DNA of 64,000 nucleotides, taken from Cystobasidiomycetes sp. EMM_F5 (Eukaryota). The translations under genes were made by a program, and so were the position numbers. The notes beneath the pieces were generated by a model. It did no database searches. It worked only from the letters and a program-made list of their open reading frames with translations, and was not told the DNA's origin. Each line of letters opens with the position of its first letter. Within the stretch, counting starts at the first letter, position 1. The DNA is taken from assembly GCA_051047955.1 (NCBI GenBank), contig JBPGPT010000011.1, positions 434,001 to 498,000 of the forward strand. The letters are read 5' to 3'. Positions 11,196-23,922 of the stretch are shown here, in pieces.

Positions 11196-14100
11196 CTAGT
11201 CTTGAAAGTCGTCATATTGGAATGGCTCCGGCATTGGCGCGATCGGCAATAAGGTATCGGGCGCTGCAGAGGCAGTCGTCGTAGCTTGAGAGGTAGGTGC
11301 AGGCACATCTGATGCTCCGGTAGCAGCAAGCTGTAGAGCTTTGAACACCTGCATCTCTACCAGCTCTTCGGGTTCGGATGGTTGTCGATCCCTCAAGACG
11401 ATGATACCTCCTCCCGCACCGAGTCCTGATGACGCAGCTGAGTCGACAATACTTTCGAGGATTGACGCTGGCGTAGCAGGTGCTTTCCCATTAGTGACCG
11501 CGTGCGTAGAAGGTGAAGAGGAAGCGGTGGTCAATGCTCGGACGGGGGCATATCTCGAGCTTGACGGGAAAGAGATGTATGGTACTTGAGCTGGAACGAC
11601 ACGCGACAAGTTGGGTAAGCTTTCAAAGTTTGTTTCAGTTGCAGCTTTTGCCTTCTTTTTGGTGCCTCCTGTGGATGTGGTTGCAGCAGCACCTGGTTCA
11701 CCGTCGGTCGCCATATCTGCATCATCCTTCTTTTCCGAAGAGGCAGCATCAGCGCCATCCTCCTCGCCCTTGGCTCTGCCAGGCTCATCAGTCTCCATGC
11801 TGTGGTCTCCATCGGCAGAAGCTTTCTCCTTTTCCTTTTCCCGCTGTCTGGCACTCGCTTTCGCTGTAGTGGACAGGACGGCAGTCTTTACGAGTTCTGG
11901 CGCATTCTTTTCGGGAGCTTTGATTTCTGGCACATAGGCAAAGATAGAGGGACGGATGTTTGAGGTGAATTCGAATTTCGGAAGCTTGAGATCTTTGTTG
12001 ACACCAATGACGGCTGTTGGAGTGAATGCCAGTACTGCCGCATGACCTAATGGAAACCAGTACCAGAACTGCGTGAACAGAGCGAGACCGACAACAGCGG
12101 GCATTGACATATTCCCACTGCGAGACGCAAGCGAGATAGAAACGTTTCGACCTCCGGCGTCGATGAGGCCTTGGGAGAGGGCTGCACCATATTTCGTCAT
12201 TGGATCTTCATGCTTGTCACCCACGATCTTTTCAAACAATTTCCTCGCAACGTCAACTTTGGGGTTGAGTGTTGCATTCTGTTGAATGAGAACCATGGCG
12301 AGTGCGATACATGCTCCCTGTCTTACGAAATCTACAGGATCTTTGGTCAGTGGCTCCAAGATTTCCAGCGCGTCTGGCAAGCCTGTGCCAGCGCAAGAGA
12401 CGCCAAGCGCTATTGTCGCGCCGTAACGGACGTGTGGATTGTAGGACTCTGATAGGAGTTGTACGACCCGTGGGACTTGAGCCGGTGAACGGAAGAGGAT
12501 GAAACCGAGGGAAGTGACAGCCGCTCTGCGAACGTCGTCGTTGACGTCTGACACTGCGACATGAAGGAGTCGGCGAATGGCCGAATTGGCGCCTGTACCA
12601 GCATAAGCCATCGCGATGGCATGGATACCTCCGTAGCGGAGAATTGGATCCTGGCAATCAAGTACCACGTTAGCTAACGATGAGAGTATACAGTTATGAT
12701 TAGGTGACCCACCTTGTCCGCCATCAACACATCGATAGTAGCATCCGCCTCTTCTTGTTTTCCATACATGAGAAGTGAAATGCCGACAGCGAGGCCTCGG
12801 ATAATTTTTTCGTGCTGTGTTTCATGTGCGTACTGGAGCATCTCGTCGATGGCACGAACAGAGCCTGTACCCAGCATGACCAGGCCCATAGCGTATCCAG
12901 CCGCTTCGCCTGCCACAGCGTGGTCACCAAACAGGATTTCTCGAAGCTCATCGTATATCTCTGCAAACATACAAAATCGAGCTCATTCGTCAAAACCCGT
13001 CCCCAGACATGCTAGGAGGCATTGAACGCTCACCCTCATTTCCAGTCGCCATTGCCGCTACGCCCAGACCCAGCGCCGCACCGTGCTGTATAATCTCACC
13101 ACCTTCTGCTTTCAAGCAGCCTCTCAGAAAGTCTAGCGCTTCTTTCCCTTTGCTGCTCGCTAGACCGTTATTGGCATGTACGAGACCAAGGGCATACAAT
13201 GCTCCTCCTTCGGAATAGACGCTTGTTCCCGGTCCGCCAGACGATACGCCACCGGGATTAGGGAGATAGGGCGAGAGGAGCTGCATTCCATACTCCAAAT
13301 TTCCTCGATGAATAACACCCAGAGCGGCCGTTGCAGAGAATTTCGACCAATTTGAAGCTTTTGCCAACCAATCGAGGTTATCTCTCAAAAACTTGTCGGA
13401 ACATGTACCGGCATTCATAAATGCATTACTAAACGTAACGGCGTTGTGAAAGATGGAATTACGCGCTTCCAAGGTATCCTTTGTTTTTTGCAGAATCTGC
13501 AAGTCGGTCTTGGCATGTGAATGGAGGAATTCGAGGTGGAGGTTGATAGTTTCCCGACCAGAGAGGATCGAGCGGACTTTGTCGAGAATGTCAGATGGGA
13601 TGACACTCGTGCTACCGTTTGAGTTTCCATTCGGTTCAGGAACACTCGCCCCGTTGCTCGACGGTGTCAAAGCGTCCGTCTCCATTCCCGCATCGGCTTC
13701 TGTGTGCCCGTATGCGCCGGACGTCCCTTCGGTAGCTAGACCAGATGTGACTTGGGTCAAGAATTCTTGGGAAGCGGTATCTGCCAGGTCGAATGCGATT
13801 TGGTATGCTTTGAGTACTGCATCAGGGTCGCTCTTGATGGACGAAGGGGAGAGGATGGTTTGTAGGAGATCGGTAGCGAGAGAATAGTCGTTGAGGTGTA
13901 CAAAGCATTGAACCATGCTGAAATGGTCGGGGGATGACATTTGCGAGTACAGGCTGACGAGTTGTCGAAGGACCTAGGCTCGAGAAGGAGAGGGTCGAAA
14001 GAGGGTACGAGGATGTCGTTGTCATCAGAGGTGGAGGGCGTTCATAGCAGAGGGAATAGAACGGATCACACCGTCAGCGTACAGAAGAACAAGAGACCAA

Positions 14101-14834
14101 CCCTGACCCACCTTGTTTCTGAAATCGAGCGTGACTGGAATGGTCATTATCGCTTCGAGTACGTAAGCGAGCAGAGTGCTGTCTTTGGTCTTTTCAAATA
14201 TACGCTCTACGACGTCGAGCCTCCTCGCTTCTAGTCCAATCCCGAGTGCTTGCTTGAACTCTGCATCCCTCATGCACTGCTCTATCATTCGCTCGACAAT
14301 GGCGTGCATCTTTTCGAGGTCTGCGGAGGAGACTAATGATGATGATGATGATGATGCTTTGGATGCCGGCTTTTTAGATGAAGCGCTGCCGTCCTCTTGT
14401 TCCGCCCTCGCTTCAATGTATCTGTCTATGCACGTCGCAATGATGGTATCGGTATAGTCCTGGTCGCCGTTTGGCTCTGCGACTCTAAACAGCTCTCCTG
14501 CGGCCAGTGCAAACGAGAGAGCGTCGTCGAGGCTTGCGAGGTGATAGTACACCTTGCTCGCGACGAGTGCAGCGAGTTGCCGGGTCTGCAGAGGAAGTGC
14601 GGCATTCTCGTGCACGACCTCGATGGAGGCAATGTTTTCCGATATCTCTGCCCAGAACTGGTTTATGAGGGACGAGTCTAGCTGTTGCAGAGCGTAGTGG
14701 AGCAGGGTGGGGTCATCTTCGCTGAGCAGTGCCAGGATGCCGGCTGTAGTTGATTGATTGTGATTGATTTGGATATCGTCAGTCCGAGCACTCTGCCAAG
14801 TTATTGATGGCTCACCAGCTGAAGAGACCGTCAT
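11196..14834 (-). CDS. RPN2: 26S proteasome regulatory subunit Rpn2 (PSMD1)
   Basis: MTVSSAAGILALL...[25 protein letters not shown] repeats; [37 protein letters not shown]. Five exons with GT-AG introns. Confidence 0.97.
14336..14356 (+). repeat. (ATG)7 coding microsatellite encoding a poly-Ser tract in Rpn2
   Basis: atgatgatgatgatgatgatg read directly. Confidence 0.85.
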
Positions 14835-15356
14835 GGGGAATAGCAGCGTCTGATGGGAATATCAGACGAGGACTGCTGGAAATGTCGACAGATTACTTTT
14901 AATTCGAACGGAAACAAGTGACGACGCGCGGCCAGAGGGAGTGACGATGGGTTGAAAGTGGAGCAATTGAACGGCGAGAATGTAGTGTTTCAATATAAGC
15001 AGTCATACTAATACTCTACAAATAAAAGAATTATCTGTCTTGTATTGACGGCTTCGCCGTCCTTGTCTTGGACGGTAATCTGTATGCTGCTCCACCAGCA
15101 ATGCTTGCAATCCACCATTACAATCGTCATCAAAGCTCATTACTTGCAATCCATTACAAATGATTGACAGTCATTAACACTCGTTTCTAATCCATTACCC
15201 CCTTCAGGCTCCTTCAACGTCGCCACTTGATACTTCTTTCATCTCTCCCCATCCCGCACTGACTGGGTCGCAGGCTGGGCGAGAAAGGAGCAGAGCATTA
15301 ATAAAACACAGCAACAACAACACAACAGCAACCCAAACTATCAATTATTAATCAAA

Positions 15357-18205
15357 ATGCTCGCCGCCAAACGAGCAGCGTCGAGTGGGAGGGCAGCCGG
15401 GCGGAGGGCAGCCATGTCGACGAGCAGGAGGGTCCACCAGGACATGATTACCCTCAACATTGACGGAAAGGACGTCAGCGTCCCTAAAGGGTCCTCCATC
15501 ATCCAGGGTGGGTCGGGCTTGTCGTATGGCTGGCCTTTTCAGCGACCTCGTATTGGCCGGGCGGGGGGGAAAGAGTAATATCCAAGACTGATGCATATGC
15601 AATGCAGCCGCCCAACTCGCTGGAACGACTATTCCCAGGTTCTGGTGAGCGACATACGCGGTATCGAAATCAAAACACCACCCTCTTCTGACAATCCAAT
15701 CTCTCCCAATTCCGATATACCCAGCTACCACGACAGGCTGGCCATAGCGGGAAACTGCAGAATGTGCTTGGTTGGTGGGTAGACGGACATGCACATGTGT
15801 AAGACACTGCCCGATCTGACTGCTCATGCCGCACTGCAGAAGTCGCACCCGGTCCACCGAGTAGGCCCAGAATGTCGACTCTGTTTGATGACTTGACTGA
15901 CAGACCTCTCATCCCTGTCACACAGAACCCCAAGTGAGTCTTCTTGATAAACGACACGACACACTTCCTCCCCTCGGCTGACAAGTATCAACAGGTGGCG
16001 TGCGCAATGCCCGCAATGCCAGGTCAGAAAATAAAGACAAACACCCCTCTTGTGCATAAAGCAAGGGAGGGCGTCATGGAGTTCTTGTTGGCGGTGAGTG
16101 CACGACAGTCGACGTTGCATTCTGTCTCCATCTGATTTTGCTGCATTGAATACCGTAGAATCACCCGTAAGGATATTCTCTAAACATGTATACGCTCTTC
16201 TGTGTACTCACGTCCCGCTTCTGACAGCCTCGATTGTCCGATTTGCGACCAAGGAGGTAAGATCCGTCTCAACGTCCGCAGCGCTACAATGCAATAAAGT
16301 CTAAGCTGGTGATTTTCAGGCCAATGCGATCTGCAAGATCAGAGCATGCGATACGGGAGTGACCGAACGCGGTTCCACGAGATGACTGGCAAGCGAGCCG
16401 TCGAGGACAAGGATCTCGGACCGCTCGTAAAGACCGTCATGACTCGATGTATCCACTGCACCCGGTGCATTCGCTTTGCCAACGAGGTAGCGGGTGTCGA
16501 TGAGCTCGGCTCGACGGGACGAGGTAACGACATGCAGATTGGGACTTATGTCCAAAAAGTGATGAATACGGAAATGTCTGGCAACGTCGTCGATCTATGT
16601 CCTGTTGGTGCACTGACGTCCAAACCCTACGCCTTTCAAGCGAGACCTTGGGAGTTGAAAAAGACGGAATCGATAGACGTCATGGATGGTATTGGAAGTA
16701 ACATCCGAATCGACTCGCGAGGTACCCAGGTATTCAGGATTCAACCCCGAATGAACGACGATGTCAATGAAGAGTGGATTCACGACAAGACGAGATATGC
16801 CTACGATGGTCTCAAGTATCAACGTCTCACTTCCCCGCTCATCAGGGTCGGCGACAGGTTCGTTCCAGCGACATGGCAGGACGCCCTCAATCGGATCGCA
16901 CAGGGTCTCGAAGAATCCGGCGCACAATCAAATGAGATTAAAGCTATTGCAGGCTCACTAGCAGACACAGAAGCGCTGGTTGCACTCAAAGACCTCATCA
17001 ATTCGCTCGGATCGGAAAATACCACACTAGATACAGAGTCTGGATCGGCGTCTGCTGCTCCAGCGGGTAGTGTCGATTTCAGATCAAACTATCTCTTCAA
17101 CTCTACCATTCCCGGTGCAGAGACGTCTGATGCACTGCTTCTCATTGGCACAAATCCAAGACACGAAGCTGCCATTCTCAACACTCGACTGCGAAAAGCC
17201 TACTTGGGCAACAATCTGGATGTAGGCTTGATTGGAGAAGACTTCAAATCTACATTCGAGTACGAAAAGCTCGGTGCAGATCTCAAATCTCTCAAGACGT
17301 TCCTAGCAACGGGCGCAAAAGGCTCGGCATTTGCAGAAAAGTTCAAGGATGCAAAGAAGCCAATGATTATCGTCGGTTCGGGCATTTATGATCATGCTGA
17401 TGGTCCAGAGGTACTCAGGACGATTGCCGATTTTGTAAGCAAGAACAAGAGTAGGTTTGTCACACCAGAGTGGAACGGCTTCAATGTGCTACAGAGGGTG
17501 AGTTGGTGCCGGATTGACCTGACACATTGCGAATGACTTACCAACGCAATGATTGTGACGCAGTCCATTTCGCATACAGCCGCATACGATATCGGTTTCA
17601 CGCCTACTGCCGCAGCTGCCAAAGCGACGCCCAAATTCGTATACCTCTTGAACGCCGATGATTTCCCATCATCTGCCATTCCGAAAGACGCATTTGTAGT
17701 ATACCAAGGTCACCACGGCGATGTGGGAGCGTCATACGCCGACGTATGCCTACCCGGCGCAGCCTACACTGAAAAGTCGTCAACGTACGTCAATACTGAA
17801 GGACGTGTTCAAGTCTCACGAGCGGCAGTCGGACCACCAGGAGCGAGCAGAGACGACTGGAAGATCATTCGAGCACTCTCTGAGATTCTCGGCAAGAAGT
17901 TACCATACGATGATATTTCACACCTCCGTGATAGGATGTGGGATATCTCACCCACTCTGAACGCGTACGATGTCGTCGATCGTCCCTCGAATCCACTCGT
18001 AGGTCTGCAGTACATGGCCTCTGCAAAATCGCCGCAACCTTTCTCTGGCGCACATACCGGAGCCTTCACCCTGCCCATCAAGAACTTTTATCAGACAGAC
18101 AGTATCTCAAGATCGTCAGTCACAATGTCGAGATGCACAGAGGCGTTTGTAAAAGGAGAATGGCATCAGCATGACGAAGAATCCCCGCTGGCTTCTTTCG
18201 CCTAG
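15357..18205 (+). CDS. NDUFS1: NADH:ubiquinone oxidoreductase 75/78-kDa Fe-S subunit, mitochondrial
   Basis: Arg-rich presequence; spliced [66 protein letters not shown]. Two 8-nt microexons. Confidence 0.97.
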
Positions 18206-18518
18206 TCGCACTGCAGTCAGTGCGTTGGAACGCTCGCGGTATTAAGTCAATACTCGTATGTTGGGCTGTGTATCGGATTCTTTCACTTTGTTGTGCTTGT
18301 AGATGACGGCCTTTTTGCATTGTTTTCCAGTCGCAAAGAAGCATGACCTATCGAAGCAGTACTGACTGTATCTTCAATTTGTAGCAGCTGGACTACGTGA
18401 CCACTTAAAGCGCTCCTTCTGCTCAGCAGGGCTTTATACCACACTTCTACCCAAAATACAGTCATTCTCCCCATAAGTCACTACTCAATAACAAACTTTC
18501 GTCATACGCAGGGACCAT

Positions 18519-20643
18519 CTACACCACAAGCTTGCCTTCATCGCTCTCTCCAAACCTCCTCGGACTGACCTTTTCCAGCTCGACCTCTTCTGTATACTGA
18601 ACCGTCTGTGTAAGCTGGATGGGAGCATGAAATTTTGTCTTGTACGACCCGGAATTGGTGTGACTGCGACTTCCGCTACTCCCGCTGCCGCCCGCCTCAT
18701 TTGTTTCAAGGGCATCGGCATTTGTATCGTGAAGAGCGTCCCACATTAGAAGAGCGGCACAAGCCATTCCAGGAATGGTAAAACTCCATGCCTGCCAGTG
18801 GAGGGGACCCGTGAAGTCAGCACAAGATGTAGAGTGTATGCAGACGATGTAATGACTTACCGGCCATATGATGCATACCATCAGAGCATTGGTGGTAGTA
18901 AGCTTGCCCTGGCCTGTATGTAGGATTGGGTAAGGATCTGCTCTCCCTCCAGCGAAACAACGAGGCCGCTTACCTCCAGCTGCCTCGAAGAAAGCCAGTG
19001 CAGATAGTAGTACCAGAGCTGCACAGTATGACCCAACGAAGCGATTCTCTTGACGTAGAGCCGAAGCCAATTTCTGCACCACTTGCGTCAGCGTCATCGG
19101 CTCCGTCACGAAAATACAGGACATACCTGAGCTCGAGTCGCCGGATCGTGACCTTTGGTATCCAAGATTGTCTGAAATTGTGGTGGCACAACACCTGTGC
19201 CAGCTGGAAGAGTATTGGAGAATGGCGCGTCTTTCGGTTTCGGCAGAGTGATATTGACGGTTTTTGCGTTCGTATTGGGTCGTATTGGCGATAGCGATGC
19301 GGCAGTCGGGGCCATAGTGGTCGCTGACCGATCTGCCGCCTGTCTCTTCAGTTTCGCAATGCGCTTCTTGATGAAGAGATTCAACGCGATGGCTGGCACG
19401 ATTCTAGGAGTCCGTTTGAATGTCAGCACTCCGAAGAGTATATGAAGACATGCGAGTTGAGACATACCCTGTGGCGAAATGGATTACGGCGTAAGCCGAC
19501 AGGACTGCTCCTCCCACTTGTTGAGCGCGCAGATTCAGGGATCCAGCTGAAGCTGTTCGGCAGCATTCAGCCATGGCCAATGTGTCGTCGCACACCTTGC
19601 TCACTCAAATCAGCCATCAATGGCACAAGTCCCGCCAGCGCAGTTACATTGCCAGTACTTTGCGCCATGTCAATCAGATTGAGCGATTCCGAGTATGCCT
19701 GTCTGACTTGGTTGAATGCATCGGCAGACATGAGAGCTGGCGGTGTAATGCCTGCGATGCTGAGAAGGAAGACAACGCCGAGCGAACCGAGAAGGAGCAT
19801 AGTGGACGGAGGGACACGAGTATACATGTCGTTGGGTCCGTTGATGCGCATCAATAGTCTGCGAACTGCCGGAGCAGAGGCCATGATGGAGGTCTGTGCG
19901 CGCATTTTCATTAGTTCGTTCGGGATGGGTCAGCCATTTTGGCCTACACTGATTACCAGATAGCTGAATGTCATGGCGGATTGCTCATACCACTAGAAGA
20001 TGCGAAATCGTATATCAACACCTATTATTTGTGAACTTGTGCACATGTACTGACCCAGAATCGAGCCAAGCTGGGAGGGAAATTGCGAGATTCTATGCCT
20101 GTATCACATGTTTCAGCTAAGAGGACAGAAAACGAAAGCAGTACATACAGTTTCGCAGCCAAAAGATGTGAATTACTGCCTCGAAAGTCAGTATAGAAAT
20201 ATGGTATGAATGACAGTTATTCCGCACTCAAGAGAATACAGTAGGCCGACCATGCTATCGGAACGAATGTGCGCAGATCCGGTCTGGTCGCTGCACCATC
20301 TTGCACGAACCACCGCAATCGATCTTTGCGGTATTTTATGATGAGTGCGGATAGTATCGTCAGGAGGATCAAGCCAAGTAGTCCCGCGAGACTGCATATG
20401 CATACGAACAGTGAGCAATTAATAGCTTGGCCGAACAAGTAAGACTCACCAATAAGACGAAGTCCAGAAAGCGGCCGGCCAAGACCCATAGAGAGTATTA
20501 TCGATGTACGTCCGCAAATAGTCAAAGACGCCGGGGCCCTGCCGAAAGAGCGAGAACCGAATCAGCTCGAGACGGACTCGACGCTATAGCTAGTATCTAA
20601 ACAAACGCACCAGGCTTGCGAGATCAGCCAAATTCAACGACAT
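18519..20643 (-). CDS. Putative 7TM receptor-like protein, tandem family B copy 1
   Basis: Multi-exon model MSLNLADLASL/GPGVFDYL...LRWFVQDGAATRPD...PKDAPFSN...FQTILD...LRQENRF...FEAAGG...WSF with seven hydrophobic segments. Confidence 0.72.
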
Positions 20644-21136
20644 GGTCAGCTGTCAGAATGTCGCGACGAGAAAAAAGCGAGAAGGAAAGGAGCAGCTCAA
20701 AGTGAGACTTCAGCCATTCGGACATCGGTCTAGGCCGTTTCCGCCGACTCTGAATTAATCTCAGCCTCCGCATGCTGTACGCGAACCAGTGCGGCTTCCG
20801 TCCGTTCAGTTCTAGGTCAGTGCAAGAGTCAGCCCGAGTCTGTGTCAGTTGAGAGAAGTCGCAACAGTTGACCGTCGACGGAATCCGCAGACATACGTTG
20901 CCAACGCGGCCAGAACGGAAGCGGGAGTGAAGCGGAGCACAAGACGGAGAAGCTGAAACTGTATAGTTTCAAATGTAATGTATTCAACCAGGCAAATTAC
21001 TGGGCAAATTGATTCTCAAGCAGCTTGCCCAGCGTACGTAGAGACATTACAACGCATACATAACGAATACTTGGCTTCCGCATAGCCATACCCAAATAAC
21101 CCTACTCCCGCTTAGACCTTTTCCCCGCATTTTCAT

Positions 21137-23169
21137 CTATCTGGTTCCCGCAGCATACGCTTGCTCGGCTGAAGTGTATATCTTGAGCATAGTGGGGCTC
21201 ATTGGCTCGATGTACTCCTTCTCCTTTTCCACCCGAACCTCCTCGGTATACAAGACCTGCTGCTGCATCTGTATGCCAGAAATACCCCGAAGCGTCGGAC
21301 GAGAGTCCAATACTTGCAGATCGGTATCTTGATATGCTGGCGTATCTTCTGGACGCGCTTTTAGAGCACGCCACACAGCCAGTGCCAAGACGAGGAATGC
21401 GGCTAGTATGAAGGACCACTGCATCCAGTAAAATCCAACGGGTGCCCATTGGTCTGGCGGTAATTTCCGCTGACCTGCATTGCACATATCTCGGTATGTT
21501 AATGTAATATAGCATATTCTACACTTACCTCCTAGCGCCTCGAATAGACTATAAGAGCTCAGCATGAGCAGCAATACGAGGTAGATTACCAAGTATCGAT
21601 TCTCCTCTCGGAGGCGAGCACGCAGTTGCTATTGAAAAACAGCGTCAGACTTTACGTTCTTCTTTCTACAGTAGAAATCGAAAGTCAAACTCACTCCAGC
21701 TCGCTCTGCAGTAGATTGGGTCTTGGCATCGAGAATAGCTTGAAAGCGAGCAGGTAACGCTGGAGTCTCGAGAACAATGGTATTTGCGAATGGTCGATCT
21801 TTGAGAACGGGAAAGAGGCTATGCCGTGCCGGCGGAGTTGTCTGAAGCTTGACCTTGTACTCTGGTGCACCGTCGGTCAGGCGCATGCCGAAACTGGACC
21901 TTGATTCTGCGGATGTAGACAAGTGAGCATGACTTTGAGTTGCCTAACGTTACCGACTCACGAGAAGCGTCACGAAGTACTGCCATCTTCCGCATAATCG
22001 CACGGTTAAGCGCAATACTCGGAACGAGCGATCCCAAGCAAAATAGCAAGCAGTAGGCAGTATACACGAGCGCTGTATTCCTAATCGCTGTCAGAACCTG
22101 ATCAGACAGAGTCTCTGTAGAAGTACGTGGCCGAGTCAGCCTCGAACAGTCTGCATGCGTGTTGGAAATGAGAGACGCACGAAATACTGCAGCCTTGTCT
22201 GTCAGCTGCACGAGGAGCGACAAGTTGTTGGCCTCTTTGGCTTTCTTGATGATGTCCAAGCATTCCAGATAGTTGGTATAGATCTCGTCAGATTTGCTTT
22301 TCGTTTCCAAGGCTCCTGGAATTATACTGGCGGTCATGCAGGCGCACATCAGGAACCAAACTATAGTCAAGAGGTAACGTCGTCGGAAGTTTGAGTTGTC
22401 ATTCATTTTCATGAGGAAAACGTCGCGCCCCAGGTGCAGAGGCTATGACATTGATAGTCACGAGGGCGTAGGATGCGAACAGGAAGAGGGGAGTAAGCCA
22501 CCAAAACTGTGCGGCAAGAGGAAGATGTAAACAATTTCATTATCTTAGGTGCACAGATTAACCGAATCGTACCAATGCCATTGGCCCGGTTGTTTGAGGA
22601 GAGGAGAGCGTGTTTCTCATCCAGAACGTCAATGCTATCAGGACGCAGCTTTCCATTATCCATAGTAATGGCACCTGGAAGGAATTTCTCGTCAGTCGTT
22701 TGGACGTTACGTGACGTCCGGTTCATCATACAATTGTTTCAAGCGACGGTCGAGTCGCACTGCCATCTTGGTGTAGTAGACTAAATCTTCGCTTGCGAAT
22801 GTTCAGAACGAGCACTGAAGTCATGCCAATCAGAAAAAGACATAGCGCTGCCACCGCGCTGGAAGGATGTCAGATTGCCAAAGACGCAGCCGGTCAGAAA
22901 GAACGCACCAGTAGCTTTGGATCCTATACGCAGTAGACACTGATGGGAAGAGCTGTATGGGGATAGACTGCTGTAAATGGGGACGCTGCGAAATCCATAG
23001 CTAGAGGGTATCGCACCGCTTTGCTTAGAGACTCCTCCACGAAATCAAAGATATTTTGACCCTGACACGTCAAAAGGTGGCTATTAGGGCATGCTTAGCC
23101 TGGCCTAGACAGTCTTGCACGTACCGGGGCAAGTTGGCTTAGGTCGAAGCCAGTCAATGAGGCTGCCAT
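21137..23169 (-). pseudogene. 7TM family B copy 2 with one +1 frameshift near 22412-22435 (pseudogene or sequence error)
   Basis: MAASLTGFDLSQLAP/GQNIFDFVE...HQDGSATRP...LKDRPFAN...FQAILD...LREENRY...WSF. After ASAPGARR the frame hits a stop, while the paralog-like LMKMND continues one base out of frame. Confidence 0.65.
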
Positions 23170-23922
23170 GCTTTAACGCCGAACACTCGTACACTGTGAC
23201 AAGGCAGCCAGAACGAGAAACGTCTTGTAGATGCACTCCTCGGTGAGAGTGCAGCGTCAGCTCGGTCTCGTCAGATTTGTCCTCAGCTCAGAAGCGTTAA
23301 AGCTTGGAGGTGTCATGGCTTTGAGCCGGCTCTGTCGTGCGTGTTTGGCGAGCTCCCAGCCGTCACCAGCGGACAGCGACAGCTTACGTCATCTTTAGCT
23401 CATCACTCCGGACTCCGTTTCGCACGTTGCGTTGTACATCGGAAGCTTGCCAGCCAGCCCGTTGGCTGCAATGGGACGTGGCATTTTAACGTTGAGGCAG
23501 CCAGAGCTTAGGAACAATTGAAAGTGAATGAGAGAGCACTGTTGGAAGGGAGCTTGGGATAGCATTGATATCGCCGAGGTATACCTACTCGAGCAATAGG
23601 CTGCCACCTGTCGGTAAACTGAAGTGGCCTGCTCGAATGCGAAAGTAGGATGCGGATGGGTCACAGCGGACGTTTTACATCGAGGAGGACCACGGTCTCC
23701 GAATCGGATCATTGGCGACAATCGACGGTACTGTAGTGAGTGTCATGCAGCAGTATACGCAATTCCTACGTTAACAATGGGCGTAGTATCAAGGGCAAAC
23801 CTGTCCAGGCACATATTTCTGTGGAATACATCTCCACCTTCGTGTGTCGAAAAATACCAGTCCTATGCTTCATAACACTGCGAGCTTTCACGCGCCTCAT
23901 ATATATACGCTGCTGTGCAGCC

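Noticed and set aside
15219..15230. AGTGGCG as an Rpn4/PACE-like site upstream of RPN2
   Set aside because: Single imperfect short match; the motif is defined in ascomycete yeasts.
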